NCBI GenBank assembly: GCA_934131005.1
Contig: CAKOYV010000007.1
Span: 6,689 to 70,688 of the forward strand
DNA: 64,000 nucleotides
Source of the DNA: an uncultured Bacilli bacterium
GTDB lineage: Bacteria > Bacillota_I > Bacilli_A > RF39 > UBA660
Reading direction: 5' to 3'
The stretch's first letter is position 1. The number at the start of each line of letters is the position of its first letter. Shown here piece by piece: positions 18,901 through 26,879 of the stretch. The translations under genes were made by a program, and so were the position numbers. The notes below the pieces were generated by a model that did no database searches, was not told the origin of the DNA, and worked only from the letters and a program-made list of their open reading frames with translations.

Positions 18901-20644
18901 AATTAATATCGAGGTTATTATTGTTTTTTGTTACTTTATCATAATCATTCCCATATATAGCCTTACTATTTAAGTATCTTGAAGAACTATTACTATACGA
19001 GGCATTTGCTAAGGATATAGAATTATAAAAGCCACTTTCTATAATAACTTTATATTTAGTAGGATTACTAACACTACCTGTAGAAGATCCTCCTCCCCAG
19101 TAATTGCCACTATTATTATTATCTCCTGCTATAATAGCATTAAAAGTTTTATAACTACCACTTTGTACAATACCTCTACCTATTCTTACATTATGATAAT
19201 TACCATAAAAGTATTTTGAATTACTAGTACCACTAGAAGGACTACTACTATTATTACCAGTATTAGAATTTATCTTGATATTTTCTATGTTTACATCACT
19301 ATAAGCATGATAAGCGTTGCTAGAAACATCCCATGTAACATTATCTCGATAAGAAGTTCCATTATATATACTAGTTAAGGTATAAGGTTTGTTTTGACTA
19401 CTAGAAGGAACACTACTAGTATTAGATTGCATAACAATAATATTGGTATCTCTTGTTGCTAGATAATAATACTCATTATCACTAGAAGATACGATAACAT
19501 TACCATCGTTATCATAATATTGCATTAATTCATAATATTCACACCCATTATAATTATTACATGTTCCACTTTCTTGATATTCTCCTGTATCACTATAATA
19601 GCCACTAATAGATGAATATCTATCAATTGTAACTTTCTTGTAATAACCACTTACTATTATTCCATCATCAAACCCTGGTAAATTTTCATAGCCAGTAATT
19701 TGTGGAGTATAGACTTGCATCTGATTATTCCAACCACCAGTTGATAATTTATAATAAGTAACACTTGAATCATAATTATTTTCTGTAACTTTAGAATAAT
19801 AAGTACATCCATTCCTGTTACGACATTCGTCTCCAGATATATCATTTCCATATCTATCATAAGCATTATCTGGATAATACGTTTTACTCCACCAGCTACC
19901 ACTACTAGTAACAGTTTTTTGAGTATAAAGCCCTGTTATATCTTCATAGACAGCAACTTTCCCCCCTATTTTAACCATTCCTTTATCTTTTAATTTGTTA
20001 AAAGTACTTGACCATTGATTGGAAGTAGAAGTAATTTTTCCTACATCAGCAGTTACCCAATTAGCATGAAAAGTTATTTTTATATTACTTGTATCTGTTA
20101 CTGGTATTTTAGCATGTCTTTCATAATAATTATCATTATATTGAATAGTTACTCCTTTATAGTCTGTAACCCATCCATTGAACCCTTTATCGATTGGTCT
20201 ATCTGTAAAAGGATTTTCTATTAAGGTTATATCTATATATCCATCATTTATTGGATATACTTTATAATACTTATAAGTATTTTGTCTTTCAGTTAAGCTA
20301 ACATAACCTACTAAAGTATTATCATTAATATCAGTTCCATCATAAGTAATTTCAACATTCACTAGATTTTTTTCGTTATAAATATTTTGATTTTCTCCAC
20401 TTGGTAAGGAGCCCGTTGAACTTGCAGTATAATTTAAACTTTCATAATAATTATAATCACTTTCGGTTTCATCTACTATAACCATATTATCGAATACACC
20501 ACTGTTATTTTCTACTTCTGATAGTGTTGTTGTAGTTGTATATTCGCTATAAGTTAATGCATAAGTAGTGATAGAAGCAATTACTATAAGTGCTAATATT
20601 ACTGTTAGTAAAATTTTGCTTGTTTTATTATTTTTTCTTTTCAT
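12989..20644 (-). CDS. Giant (2551 aa) secreted surface protein with central parallel beta-helix-like (x)YGGGN repeats and a TasA-type signal peptide
   Basis: N-terminus K-rich, then hydrophobic core ILLTVILALIVIASITTYALTY. Dozens of ~20-22 aa repeats (NVYGGGN / SIYGGS / LFGGGN ...T.T.SNV.V) across residues ~640-1330. Paired Cys motifs (CRNRNGCTYY, CNNYNGCEYY). Ser/Thr/Asn-rich overall. Confidence 0.7.
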   Translation of the reverse strand: MKRKNNKTSKILLTVILALIVIASITTYALTYSEYTTTTTLSEVENNSGVFDNMVIVDETESDYNYYESLNYTASSTGSLPSGENQNIYNEKNLVNVEITYDGTDINDNTLVGYVSLTERQNTYKYYKVYPINDGYIDITLIENPFTDRPIDKGFNGWVTDYKGVTIQYNDNYYERHAKIPVTDTSNIKITFHANWVTADVGKITSTSNQWSSTFNKLKDKGMVKIGGKVAVYEDITGLYTQKTVTSSGSWWSKTYYPDNAYDRYGNDISGDECRNRNGCTYYSKVTENNYDSSVTYYKLSTGGWNNQMQVYTPQITGYENLPGFDDGIIVSGYYKKVTIDRYSSISGYYSDTGEYQESGTCNNYNGCEYYELMQYYDNDGNVIVSSSDNEYYYLATRDTNIIVMQSNTSSVPSSSQNKPYTLTSIYNGTSYRDNVTWDVSSNAYHAYSDVNIENIKINSNTGNNSSSPSSGTSNSKYFYGNYHNVRIGRGIVQSGSYKTFNAIIAGDNNNSGNYWGGGSSTGSVSNPTKYKVIIESGFYNSISLANASYSNSSSRYLNSKAIYGNDYDKVTKNNNNLDINFCASSSWGGGNYYATNTTTSLIFDFVVKSGKFGSGKSDYATGIYVGGRGYGDHYAPKKVKVEGGWIYNLIGGPTSSDNRDSLNDIYMYITGGEVDAIVGGAGLSTTYGNRIIAVTGGVVNYQIFGGSNGYIGSDGDGKLSGSSFIYIGGNAVIGKEDNVNNGTKLWNAEAGSVFGIGNGKSGTDSIGTNDNSTIIVDSNATILGNVYGGGNYGATGINSSSNSNYSNISLLGGTIKGNVYGGGNNNGASTSSKEFKVNITLNGGLVEGSIYGGSRTKGTVYGDVALNLLSGTVRTSCYGGGEGGYQSSSSPGTFVTGEVKIITGIENESNENLKIENAIYGGSAFGTVNGASNSTTISSKNTNIEVLSGTINSVFGGGEGNGTYTPYVLGNVAVDIKGGIIDNVYGGSDQRGTPNGSVTVNVHGGKITNAYAGGNQTEVSEPNINFYGGTTTNGYGGGNQAKVDISHVLLNGGTVTNLFGASNTSGDVTTSNVNVKSGKVTNVYGGNNIGGTTNTSNVSIDGGDVTDVYGGGRETDIVSATNVNLNNRATNVFGGSDQKGTVHTSYININDGIADSVYGGNNLGGTTVNSNVTVTGGIITSIYGGGLEAETTTSNLNIIHGKIDYLFGGGKSAGVITTHLNLNKGYIKNIFGGSNVLGNVTTTNIKNTPQELESNSNLYADVSFDTSTVNQTNPLGIKSSEKINVTLHNASTTSYTNWDFYLITTDAVFDSNWSGTNVEEINGVFHSNQTNQWYGANALSANSTHSFEFCIHSYVDYSDFQIVGYILVGHNSDGTDTKTIYYNDLYVNNMYGGNNEGGLTKTSNINLTSGSYGSIYGGGNKAVTNKPNVTTTNATILKAIYGGGNEASILKDTSLNILDKTTVKGDIYGGGNAALVDGDTSVLIKNATISGNTYGGGNDGAVLGNAITKITDSTIGESVHAGGNGKTAVVVTGNEVDVSGKTVITKHLFGGGNAAATGCENDFTSSGDAITCTNKNSAKSYVNIAGATILGNVYGGANTSVVYGETYVNIGINTIEDATDYQKDDIIIGGTVFGGGEANASGSVDYDFKFISVTKGININIDASKHTNYIISGSILGSGNASSSGGYSYVNINNYGNGDNYKTNVSIQRADVVTLNNSAIELLGATDRTNKYKNELFTFSRIKHLKLKNGSVLYLNKGTNLLEKYSSLVDIDGKEKNVEVTIDKENQKVAKNGENRIYMLEGKNLNISDDESLATYGEVSGMTFFGMFTKDRNGKITTALYSDKYNYGDTISGSEIYHFSTGSYVMGQHKENHNYYKDGFYTNYPEENGTTIKQDYIEPTPNDTIYYRWVVGESVEVIDLSLTASKYSTLGTYELQLLNYYQPNTEFHVLGVNYDNLSSNIELLSSEDIPRYAKTTEEANKNFGLSIKTGTNGWITKGDTEFITQKGSEVKGTTTYKSENSSTIPSFIFYLYHSKNLNVSADLGSVTISLMVSTPIDDLNSKIQRVNIQVNLSSALYDGDNYEGAITVGDQYEMFANSNVHITSTSTFSTYFSLFKKSNFTPYKDGYYRSLVSNYALPKNTKITMIDFASSDKPEYYYYVISKEDYENSLNELYTEGEISYPFSRFIKMGSSSANNTYSDSDANNRYYDSTNKKAEEEFIFNVDLKEANIDATVLKKNLLMELRDKNDNPVIPVLDIAQQKMTYNLYKGKDAIIDAEATLSNDTIYVGSSVELNVITNFDQQKTGSINIIDTNFYNQKLGIRLSLYDSEDNLVNGATLLGTKFIYEGVNYFPRQDGTVRFNIAESVANVSSKITIDTTNSNIPSGEYHLKIETFGSADGIYYGLAPSTTISKEVTIVNENFGLSVSMDDADNYVDAKTGRTSNKSKMLDFNLEYESNLKKPSIRVALYRRTYTDIYKYSYTKVNLQDYVTDTLKTSNTANEYLVMDSPNSRFQYILNLKDKLKTGTYQIKFLLYDNNTYVGEVVKYIIIK

Positions 20645-21064
20645 TTACAACACCACTCTTTTATCTTAGATAAATTATAACACAGAATTTATTATTTTGG
20701 TATAAATATCACATATAATTCAAGAAAAAAGTAAATTTTTCATTTGTAAAATTAAGTTCCATTCTCAAATAATAAAAACTGAAATTTCACAACAACATTT
20801 TGATAAAAAAATAAAAAAACGCTTATTTAAGAAATTAAAGTAGAATGAACACTAAAAAGAAAACAATTAAAAAAAATAGTAATTATTTTCAGCTACAAAT
20901 AAAACTTTATATAATTAGGATAGTAGTTTATTTAAATATGACAATTGATGAAGTAACAATATATATTTAAAGTTATAAACGAAAAGCTATTCCTAATTTG
21001 AATAATATATTTAATAAATTAAACGTCTTTCATGAAAAATACTTATAAATTAAGTAGAAAACAG

Positions 21065-21385
21065 TTAAAGCAATTACCTATACAAAAGCATCTAGAACTT
21101 CTGATGATGAAACTATTGCAACAGAAAATTATTACATAATAGATTATCATATTAGTACAGAAAAATTAATAGACACTATAAAGAATCATTAGAATATAGA
21201 ATGTAGATTACATTGGAAATTAGATGTCATTTTAGATGAAAACCATTCCAGAAATAAAATTGAAAATTCAATAAATAATTTATCAATAATGTATAAAATA
21301 ATATTTAACTTAGCAAATTTGGATAATCCATTTAGTAAAGTACCATTACAAAGAAAATTAACTAGATATATGTTAGATTTTTAAA
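21065..21385 (+). pseudogene. ISAs1-family (H-repeat-associated) transposase C-terminal fragment
   Basis: TIATENYYIIDYHISTEKLIDTIKNH*NIECRLHWKLDVILDENHSRNKIENSINNLSIMYKII matches the ISAs1 C-terminal signature (ETRYYISS...HW.IEN.LHW.LDV.F.ED.SR.R...N.A.LR). Interrupted by a stop; no N-terminal part present. Confidence 0.55.
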
Positions 21386-21525
21386 AACATAGAAAAACTG
21401 ATATTTGAAATAATTCCAATTATCAGTTAACTTTAATTATTTTTAAGCGATTGCCATACCATTTTGATATCCGTTTTTACTTTAAATAAATTTCACCAAA
21501 AACTATAATCACTTATAAATATTTA

Positions 21526-22638
21526 TTATCCAGCAGCAGCAGCATCTTTATCATTCAAACTAAATTGAAGTTTCAAAGATATATCTCCACCTGAAGCATT
21601 ATTTTCACAGTCAACATCTTGTCCTTCAACCCAGAAATAAATTCTCACTTTTGTAATTGTATTAGGTGTTAAATCAAATAATTTTTCATATCCAGCAGCA
21701 CCGGCCCATCCAGCTTTTGTTTTAATTCCTGGAACAACGCTTGCAAATTGTGTACCATTATCTGTTGCATTAGCTTTGCTTAATAGAACATCATTAGCGG
21801 TTGTAACTTCTGCTATTGTACCAAAGTATGGAACTTGAGATTTTGAAGTTGCAGCTGTATAAGCATTACCACTATTTTCACTATTATAGTATGAATATGC
21901 ATTAGAAATACCAGTCGTTGTATGAGCGTCATAGTTTGGCTCCCATACATAAATATTAGAAACATCTGTTGTTGTCAATGCTTGAATTTGGGCTAATTCC
22001 GAACCATTTTTAGTACTTCCTTCATTGATAAAAGCAACACGTGAAGCATTTTGAGTTCCTAAATCTGAACCACCTGATTTAAATGTTACATCAGATGATT
22101 TTGTTAAATAAAGTGGTTTAGAATCTGCACCGTTATCATCTAGTCGAACAAATAAGTCAAACATAACAAAATGTCCATTTGTCCCAACATTTTCAGTATC
22201 TTTTACTGTATTATCTTTTACTGTGCTAACATCTTTTGTTGTAAGAATGTATTGTCCTTTATTAGCGGTTGTATTACTTGTTTCTACTGTTCCCAACCAC
22301 ATACTTAAGTAACCATTATTCAAAGATTTTGCAGCGGTTGATACTGGTTTTAAAGTCTTTGGCACTTGGTTAGTAGCAGCTGTATATGTATTAATCGCTC
22401 CTTCTATATCAGCATTAGTAATAATAGATTTCCAATTAGTACCATCAACTGAAACCTGAATACCACCACTAGCAGCAACATTAACATCAATATCCTCAAC
22501 TGTTACTGTTCTATTAGAAGTAAACCAAGCATAGGTTGATGTACTAAGAATTATGCCAGTTATAATAAGTAGTAAAAGTAATAAAAATAATCTTTTTTTA
22601 CTTCTTTTTGTATCTTCTTTTAATTCTTTCTTTTCCAT
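21526..22638 (-). CDS. TasA/camelysin (peptidase M73)-like secreted protein, paralog A (370 aa)
   Basis: Signal peptide LFLLLLLLIITGIILSTSTYAWFTSNRTV (SipW-cognate TYAWF motif). C-terminal VRIYFWVEGQDVDCENNASGGDISLKLQF motif shared with the neighbouring paralogs. Confidence 0.6.
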   Translation of the reverse strand: MEKKELKEDTKRSKKRLFLLLLLLIITGIILSTSTYAWFTSNRTVTVEDIDVNVAASGGIQVSVDGTNWKSIITNADIEGAINTYTAATNQVPKTLKPVSTAAKSLNNGYLSMWLGTVETSNTTANKGQYILTTKDVSTVKDNTVKDTENVGTNGHFVMFDLFVRLDDNGADSKPLYLTKSSDVTFKSGGSDLGTQNASRVAFINEGSTKNGSELAQIQALTTTDVSNIYVWEPNYDAHTTTGISNAYSYYNSENSGNAYTAATSKSQVPYFGTIAEVTTANDVLLSKANATDNGTQFASVVPGIKTKAGWAGAAGYEKLFDLTPNTITKVRIYFWVEGQDVDCENNASGGDISLKLQFSLNDKDAAAAG

Positions 22639-23148
22639 TTTCTCTACTCCTTTTTATACATATTTGATTGAATAAATAGCAGGCCTATCTATTCCTATCA
22701 TAAAATGATGATATCATATTTCTCGACAAAATGCAACAAATTTTTCAGGATTTGATGGAAAAGTAATTATGATAAAATATTCAATTCAATTACTACAAAG
22801 AATATTGTCCTGGCGAAAAAAACACCAATGAAAGACTTACTGGAATAATAAGATATTTTATTCTTAAAAGTTCTTTAATAGAAAGTATTAAGTTATAAGA
22901 TTCCTCACGAAACACTTAAAAAAGATTTTAACAATAAACCATTTTTCTCCAAATTTAATCACTTCTAAATCCTTATATTCCATTTTTGAATTTTTAGCAT
23001 TTTTAAACACTATTTCATAAACGTATTCTCTCAAAATGATAAAATCATTCAAAATGAAACAATTTTATAAAGAAACTATATAAAAAATTGAATTTGGTTA
23101 TACCCCATGAAAACTAACATTTATTTTTGAAAAATTCCCTTAAACACT

Positions 23149-24195
23149 TTAAGAAGGATTGGTACTAAATTCTAAAGCAAATGACAAATCACCTACTGAA
23201 GCATTATTTTCACAGTCAACATCTTGACCTTCTAACCAGAAGTATACTCTAACTTTAGTAATACCACTTGCAAGACTAATTAGTTTTTGATAAGCTGTAC
23301 TACCTGTTGGTGTCATAATATTGGGCATTACAGTAGAAAACTTGGTAGGATGTCTGGAAGCAAGAGAATCTTTTAAAGTTATGTTTTCGCTTTCACTAAT
23401 TTCAGATTGAACCCCATCATAAGAGATATATTGAGCGTTTGTCTCACTAGTAATAATATTATAAACATCTTTTGCATTACTAATTCCTGTTTTAGTATGA
23501 GTATTATAATTTGGTTCCCATATATAAACGTTATCTTGATTAATAGTAGAAAGTGATTGAATAGTCGACGTGCTACTACCTGCACTAGTATTTCCTTCAA
23601 CAACAAATGCAACTCGAACAGCATTCTCCGTTCCAGTACTAGTAGTCCCATTATAGGTAACGTTAGATTTACCTGTTAAGTATAGGTCTTTTGCCTCAGT
23701 AGTTTTTAAAAAGATATCAAATACTACAAATTTGCCGTTAGATGTTTCACCACTACTTTCTGTTTCAGTACTTTTAGTTGATATTAAAATGTAATCTCCT
23801 CCACCATTTGATCTTACTTCTCCTAAATACATATTCATATGTCCTTGATTATCTAATGCTCCAATTGTAGATACTGGTTCTATCATTAGTGGAAGTTGGT
23901 TTACGCTCGATGGATAAGTTGCTCTAGCAGCTACCAATTCATCTTGATCAATTCCTGCTTTCCAATTAATTCCATCAACAGATATTTCTAAGCTTCCTTT
24001 ACTTTGAACTTTAACATTTAGAGTTTCTACCTTAACCATTCGGTTAGTAGTAAACCAAGCATAAGTAGATGTTGCTAACATTACCCCTGTAATTAAGAGT
24101 AAAAACAATAAATAAACTACTCTCTTCTTATCAATAACTTCATCTGGTTCTTCTTCATAATAATATATTTTTCTTGTTCTAATCTTTCTTCCCAT
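23149..24195 (-). CDS. TasA/camelysin-like secreted protein, paralog B (348 aa)
   Basis: VVYLLFLLLITGVMLATSTYAWFTTNRMV signal. C-terminal VRVYFWLEGQDVDCENNASVGDLSFALEF. Clearly paralogous to 21526..22638. Confidence 0.6.
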   Translation of the reverse strand: MGRKIRTRKIYYYEEEPDEVIDKKRVVYLLFLLLITGVMLATSTYAWFTTNRMVKVETLNVKVQSKGSLEISVDGINWKAGIDQDELVAARATYPSSVNQLPLMIEPVSTIGALDNQGHMNMYLGEVRSNGGGDYILISTKSTETESSGETSNGKFVVFDIFLKTTEAKDLYLTGKSNVTYNGTTSTGTENAVRVAFVVEGNTSAGSSTSTIQSLSTINQDNVYIWEPNYNTHTKTGISNAKDVYNIITSETNAQYISYDGVQSEISESENITLKDSLASRHPTKFSTVMPNIMTPTGSTAYQKLISLASGITKVRVYFWLEGQDVDCENNASVGDLSFALEFSTNPS

Positions 24196-24204
24196 TATAG
24201 TCTC

Positions 24205-24918
24205 CTATTTCTTCTTTTTATTTTTATTAGTAATATGTTCATCCCTGATGTCTAAATGCATTTTAATTTCTCCTCCAATTAAAGCATCTACACAATCTGG
24301 ATCATCTCCTTCAATCCAGACCACAAGTGTATATTTATCTATTTCTCCCGGTTTAAAGTTTGCCCTTTGTCTTAATATTGGTGTTTTTTCTTTATAAAAC
24401 TTTTCTGTTCCTGCTTCTGTTTGTTTAGTTACAGAGTTTTCTTTAGCATATACCACTTTTTCGCCATTTAAGATAACCATTATTCTAACTGCTTCATCAA
24501 TATTTCTAATCACATCATCAATAGTACATTCTACCCAATAGTTTACGGCTTCGCTACCTTCATTTTCTAAATAAAAGGTATAAGCAATATAATTTTCGCC
24601 ATTGTGAGCCCCATCTTTTTCGTCATTAATATTATCAGGAATCCATTTTACAGAAATATTATCCATTGAATCTATCTCTTTAGCATACAATCTATTTTTT
24701 ATCTCTTTTTTCTCATGATCTTCATATAATACTATTCCTTTATCAGCAGCAAAAGTCGGATCTAGAGTTATAGTAAAGTTTCCTCCATTATAAATAATTG
24801 CTAATATAATATATAAAAAAGCAAAGATAATCATCAATACTAAAGATATTCTTTTTAGCCATTTATTTATTTTTTTTCTTCTTTCTAATCTATTGGCTTT
24901 CACTATTACACGACTCAT
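24205..24918 (-). CDS. TasA-family protein with uncleaved-looking N-terminal TM anchor (237 aa)
   Basis: N-terminal basic region, then TM ISLVLMIIFAFLYIILAIIY without a TYA(W)F motif. C-terminal YTLVVWIEGDDPDCVDALIGGEIKMHLDI matches the family W.EG.D.DC...GG motif. 9 nt downstream of paralog B. Confidence 0.5.
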   Translation of the reverse strand: MSRVIVKANRLERRKKINKWLKRISLVLMIIFAFLYIILAIIYNGGNFTITLDPTFAADKGIVLYEDHEKKEIKNRLYAKEIDSMDNISVKWIPDNINDEKDGAHNGENYIAYTFYLENEGSEAVNYWVECTIDDVIRNIDEAVRIMVILNGEKVVYAKENSVTKQTEAGTEKFYKEKTPILRQRANFKPGEIDKYTLVVWIEGDDPDCVDALIGGEIKMHLDIRDEHITNKNKKKK

Positions 24919-25028
24919 TGTACCACCCTACTCTATCCATATTTTATTTTATCATAATTATCTATTATCTGCAATTGAATTTTTTTAAATATTTTGATAT
25001 AATACATATAAAATAAAGGAGGATTACT

Positions 25029-25664
25029 ATGCCTTATATATCAAAGAAAGCGAAGAGAAATAAATTAATATTACTATTATGTCTTATTGTTATGGTGATT
25101 TTATCCATATTTTGCATAAAGGATACTTATGCTAAATATATTACTACTACTACAGGAGATGCCGATATTTCTGTTGCAAGATGGAAGATACTTGTTAATA
25201 ATAAAGATATTACTTCTGAAAAAGAAATATCTAATGTTATTACTCCAATTTTTGCTGGTAATGATGATATAGCTCCTTCAGTTATTGCGCCTACAACAGA
25301 GGGATATTTTGATTTAATTATTGATGCAAGTGATACAGATGTATCTTTAAAATATGAGATAACTACTTCAGATAATAAAGATAGCATAGTTCGTGATTTA
25401 GTTATTTCTGGTTATTCTTTAAATGATGGTAATAGACAAAATATCATTAATTCAAATAATCAAATTAAAATAGAGGACAAGATATTATATAATAGTACTA
25501 ATAAAAAAGTTAAGTTAAGAGTTTATTTAAAGTGGAACGACGATGAAAAAAATGGAGCTTCAATGGATAATAAAGCGGATACTAAGGCTGCTAATACTAC
25601 AGGGGGAACAGCAAAAGTTAATGTTAATTTAAAATTTACACAACTTCCTAATACAAGTAAGTAG
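25029..25664 (+). CDS. Small secreted TasA-like protein (211 aa), divergently oriented
   Basis: RBS AAGGAGG upstream. Signal LILLLCLIVMVILSIFCIKDTYAKY. ARWKILV motif (compare 9908..10507). C-terminal LRVYLKWNDDEKNGAS...GGTAKVNVNLKF family motif. Confidence 0.55.
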   Translation: MPYISKKAKRNKLILLLCLIVMVILSIFCIKDTYAKYITTTTGDADISVARWKILVNNKDITSEKEISNVITPIFAGNDDIAPSVIAPTTEGYFDLIIDASDTDVSLKYEITTSDNKDSIVRDLVISGYSLNDGNRQNIINSNNQIKIEDKILYNSTNKKVKLRVYLKWNDDEKNGASMDNKADTKAANTTGGTAKVNVNLKFTQLPNTSK

Positions 25665-25751
25665 CTTTTAAAAAATACTTCTATAGAATTTAGAACTCTA
25701 TAATATTTAGTGGGTGCAAATATAACACTCACTATTTTATTACATTAAAAA

Positions 25752-26200
25752 GTGACTGGATTTATGACTCAATCTGACGTCGTTAATCACCTAATAAATA
25801 TAACACCTCAACTGAAAGAAACATATGAAATGTATCAAAGCATCTTATATTCATTAAAAAATAATGACTATAAACAATTAGAAATAGCCCTAAATTGTAA
25901 AAATAACAAATTATCAAGTTATATGAAAGCTGCTATTCAAACTTAAAAAAAGTATTTACCATATATTAAAAATACATTATCTAATCCATATAGTAATAGT
26001 TTTGTTGAAGGAAATAATAACTTTATAAAAGTATTAAAAAAAATAGCATTTGGCTTTAGAGATTTTAGAAGATCCAAAGCAAGAATAATGATATGTAAAA
26101 ATTTATTGAATATCAAAAAAAGCCAACACATTTTAGTATTGACTTATTTAAATTTCTTTATCAAAATTTTAGATACACCACTATTTGACAAAGAACCGTA
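25752..26200 (+). pseudogene. ISL3-family transposase C-terminal fragment (frameshifted)
   Basis: ...YMKAAIQT* then KKYLPYIKNTLSNPYSNSFVEGNNNFIKVLKKIAFGFRDFRRSKARIM matches the ISL3 C-terminal signature (PYSNG.LEG.NNKIKVIKR..YGFRNF.NF..RIL). Confidence 0.55.
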
Positions 26201-26229
26201 ATCTCTGTATACTTTTTCAGCAGTCTCAA

Positions 26230-26868
26230 TCATTTTCTTTTTTTAAACGCCTCAAATCTATTAATCTTAACGCCCAATTTTACAAATTTCTTCTCATATT
26301 CCGTCATAATATTCAGACTAACATCACTACTATGCAAATCATGAGTAATACTAGAAAAAGAATATCCCCAATCACGTAGACTATCAAGAGAATAAGCAAA
26401 CAAATCATTATTATCTGTCTTCATAATAATATGATTATCTGTCTTAAAAACACTATCATACTTAAAAAGAAAAATAGGACTAGTAAGACGTCTTTTAGCA
26501 TGTCTATCCTTAGGCCATGGATCAGAAAAATTCAAATAAATAGTATCAACTTCAGAAGAAAAAACCTCATCTATCATCATTGCATCCATACGAATAAGAC
26601 GTAAATTTGAAATATCTAACTCTTGAGATTTTTGAATAGCCCTTACAATAACACTATCATATTTTTCTATTCCAATAAAATTAACATCAGGATATTTAAG
26701 AGCATTTTCTATTATAAAATCTCCCTTACCCATACCAATTTCTATTTTAATAGGATTATCATTTCCAAAAACATTAGCCCATTTTCCTTTATTATCTCTT
26801 GGATTAGGAACATAATACTTCCCAACTTCTATTATCTCTTCTGCACCTTTAACATGTTTTAATCTCAT
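26230..26868 (-). CDS. trmB: tRNA (guanine46-N7)-methyltransferase
   Basis: 212 aa. Motifs IEIGMGKGDFI (SAM-binding), FIGIEKY, YLNFSDPWPKDRHAKRRL are typical TrmB. Confidence 0.8.
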   Translation of the reverse strand: MRLKHVKGAEEIIEVGKYYVPNPRDNKGKWANVFGNDNPIKIEIGMGKGDFIIENALKYPDVNFIGIEKYDSVIVRAIQKSQELDISNLRLIRMDAMMIDEVFSSEVDTIYLNFSDPWPKDRHAKRRLTSPIFLFKYDSVFKTDNHIIMKTDNNDLFAYSLDSLRDWGYSFSSITHDLHSSDVSLNIMTEYEKKFVKLGVKINRFEAFKKRK

Positions 26869-26879
26869 AATATCTCCCC

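Noticed and set aside
2995-20224. Short plus-strand ORFs from the six-frame track (2995-3180, 3593-3847, 4984-5175, 15172-15874, 17501-17737, 20015-20224)
   Set aside because: They lie antisense inside long, well-supported minus-strand genes. They are low-complexity (L/F/I/H-rich, as expected from antisense of AT-rich coding sequence) and have no RBS.
20645-21525. Possible CRISPR array or other short-period repeat in the intergenic regions (20645-21525, 22639-23148, 7561-8724)
   Set aside because: No regularly spaced direct repeats of 25-40 nt were found. The sequence is instead explained by decayed transposase fragments and AT-rich promoter regions.
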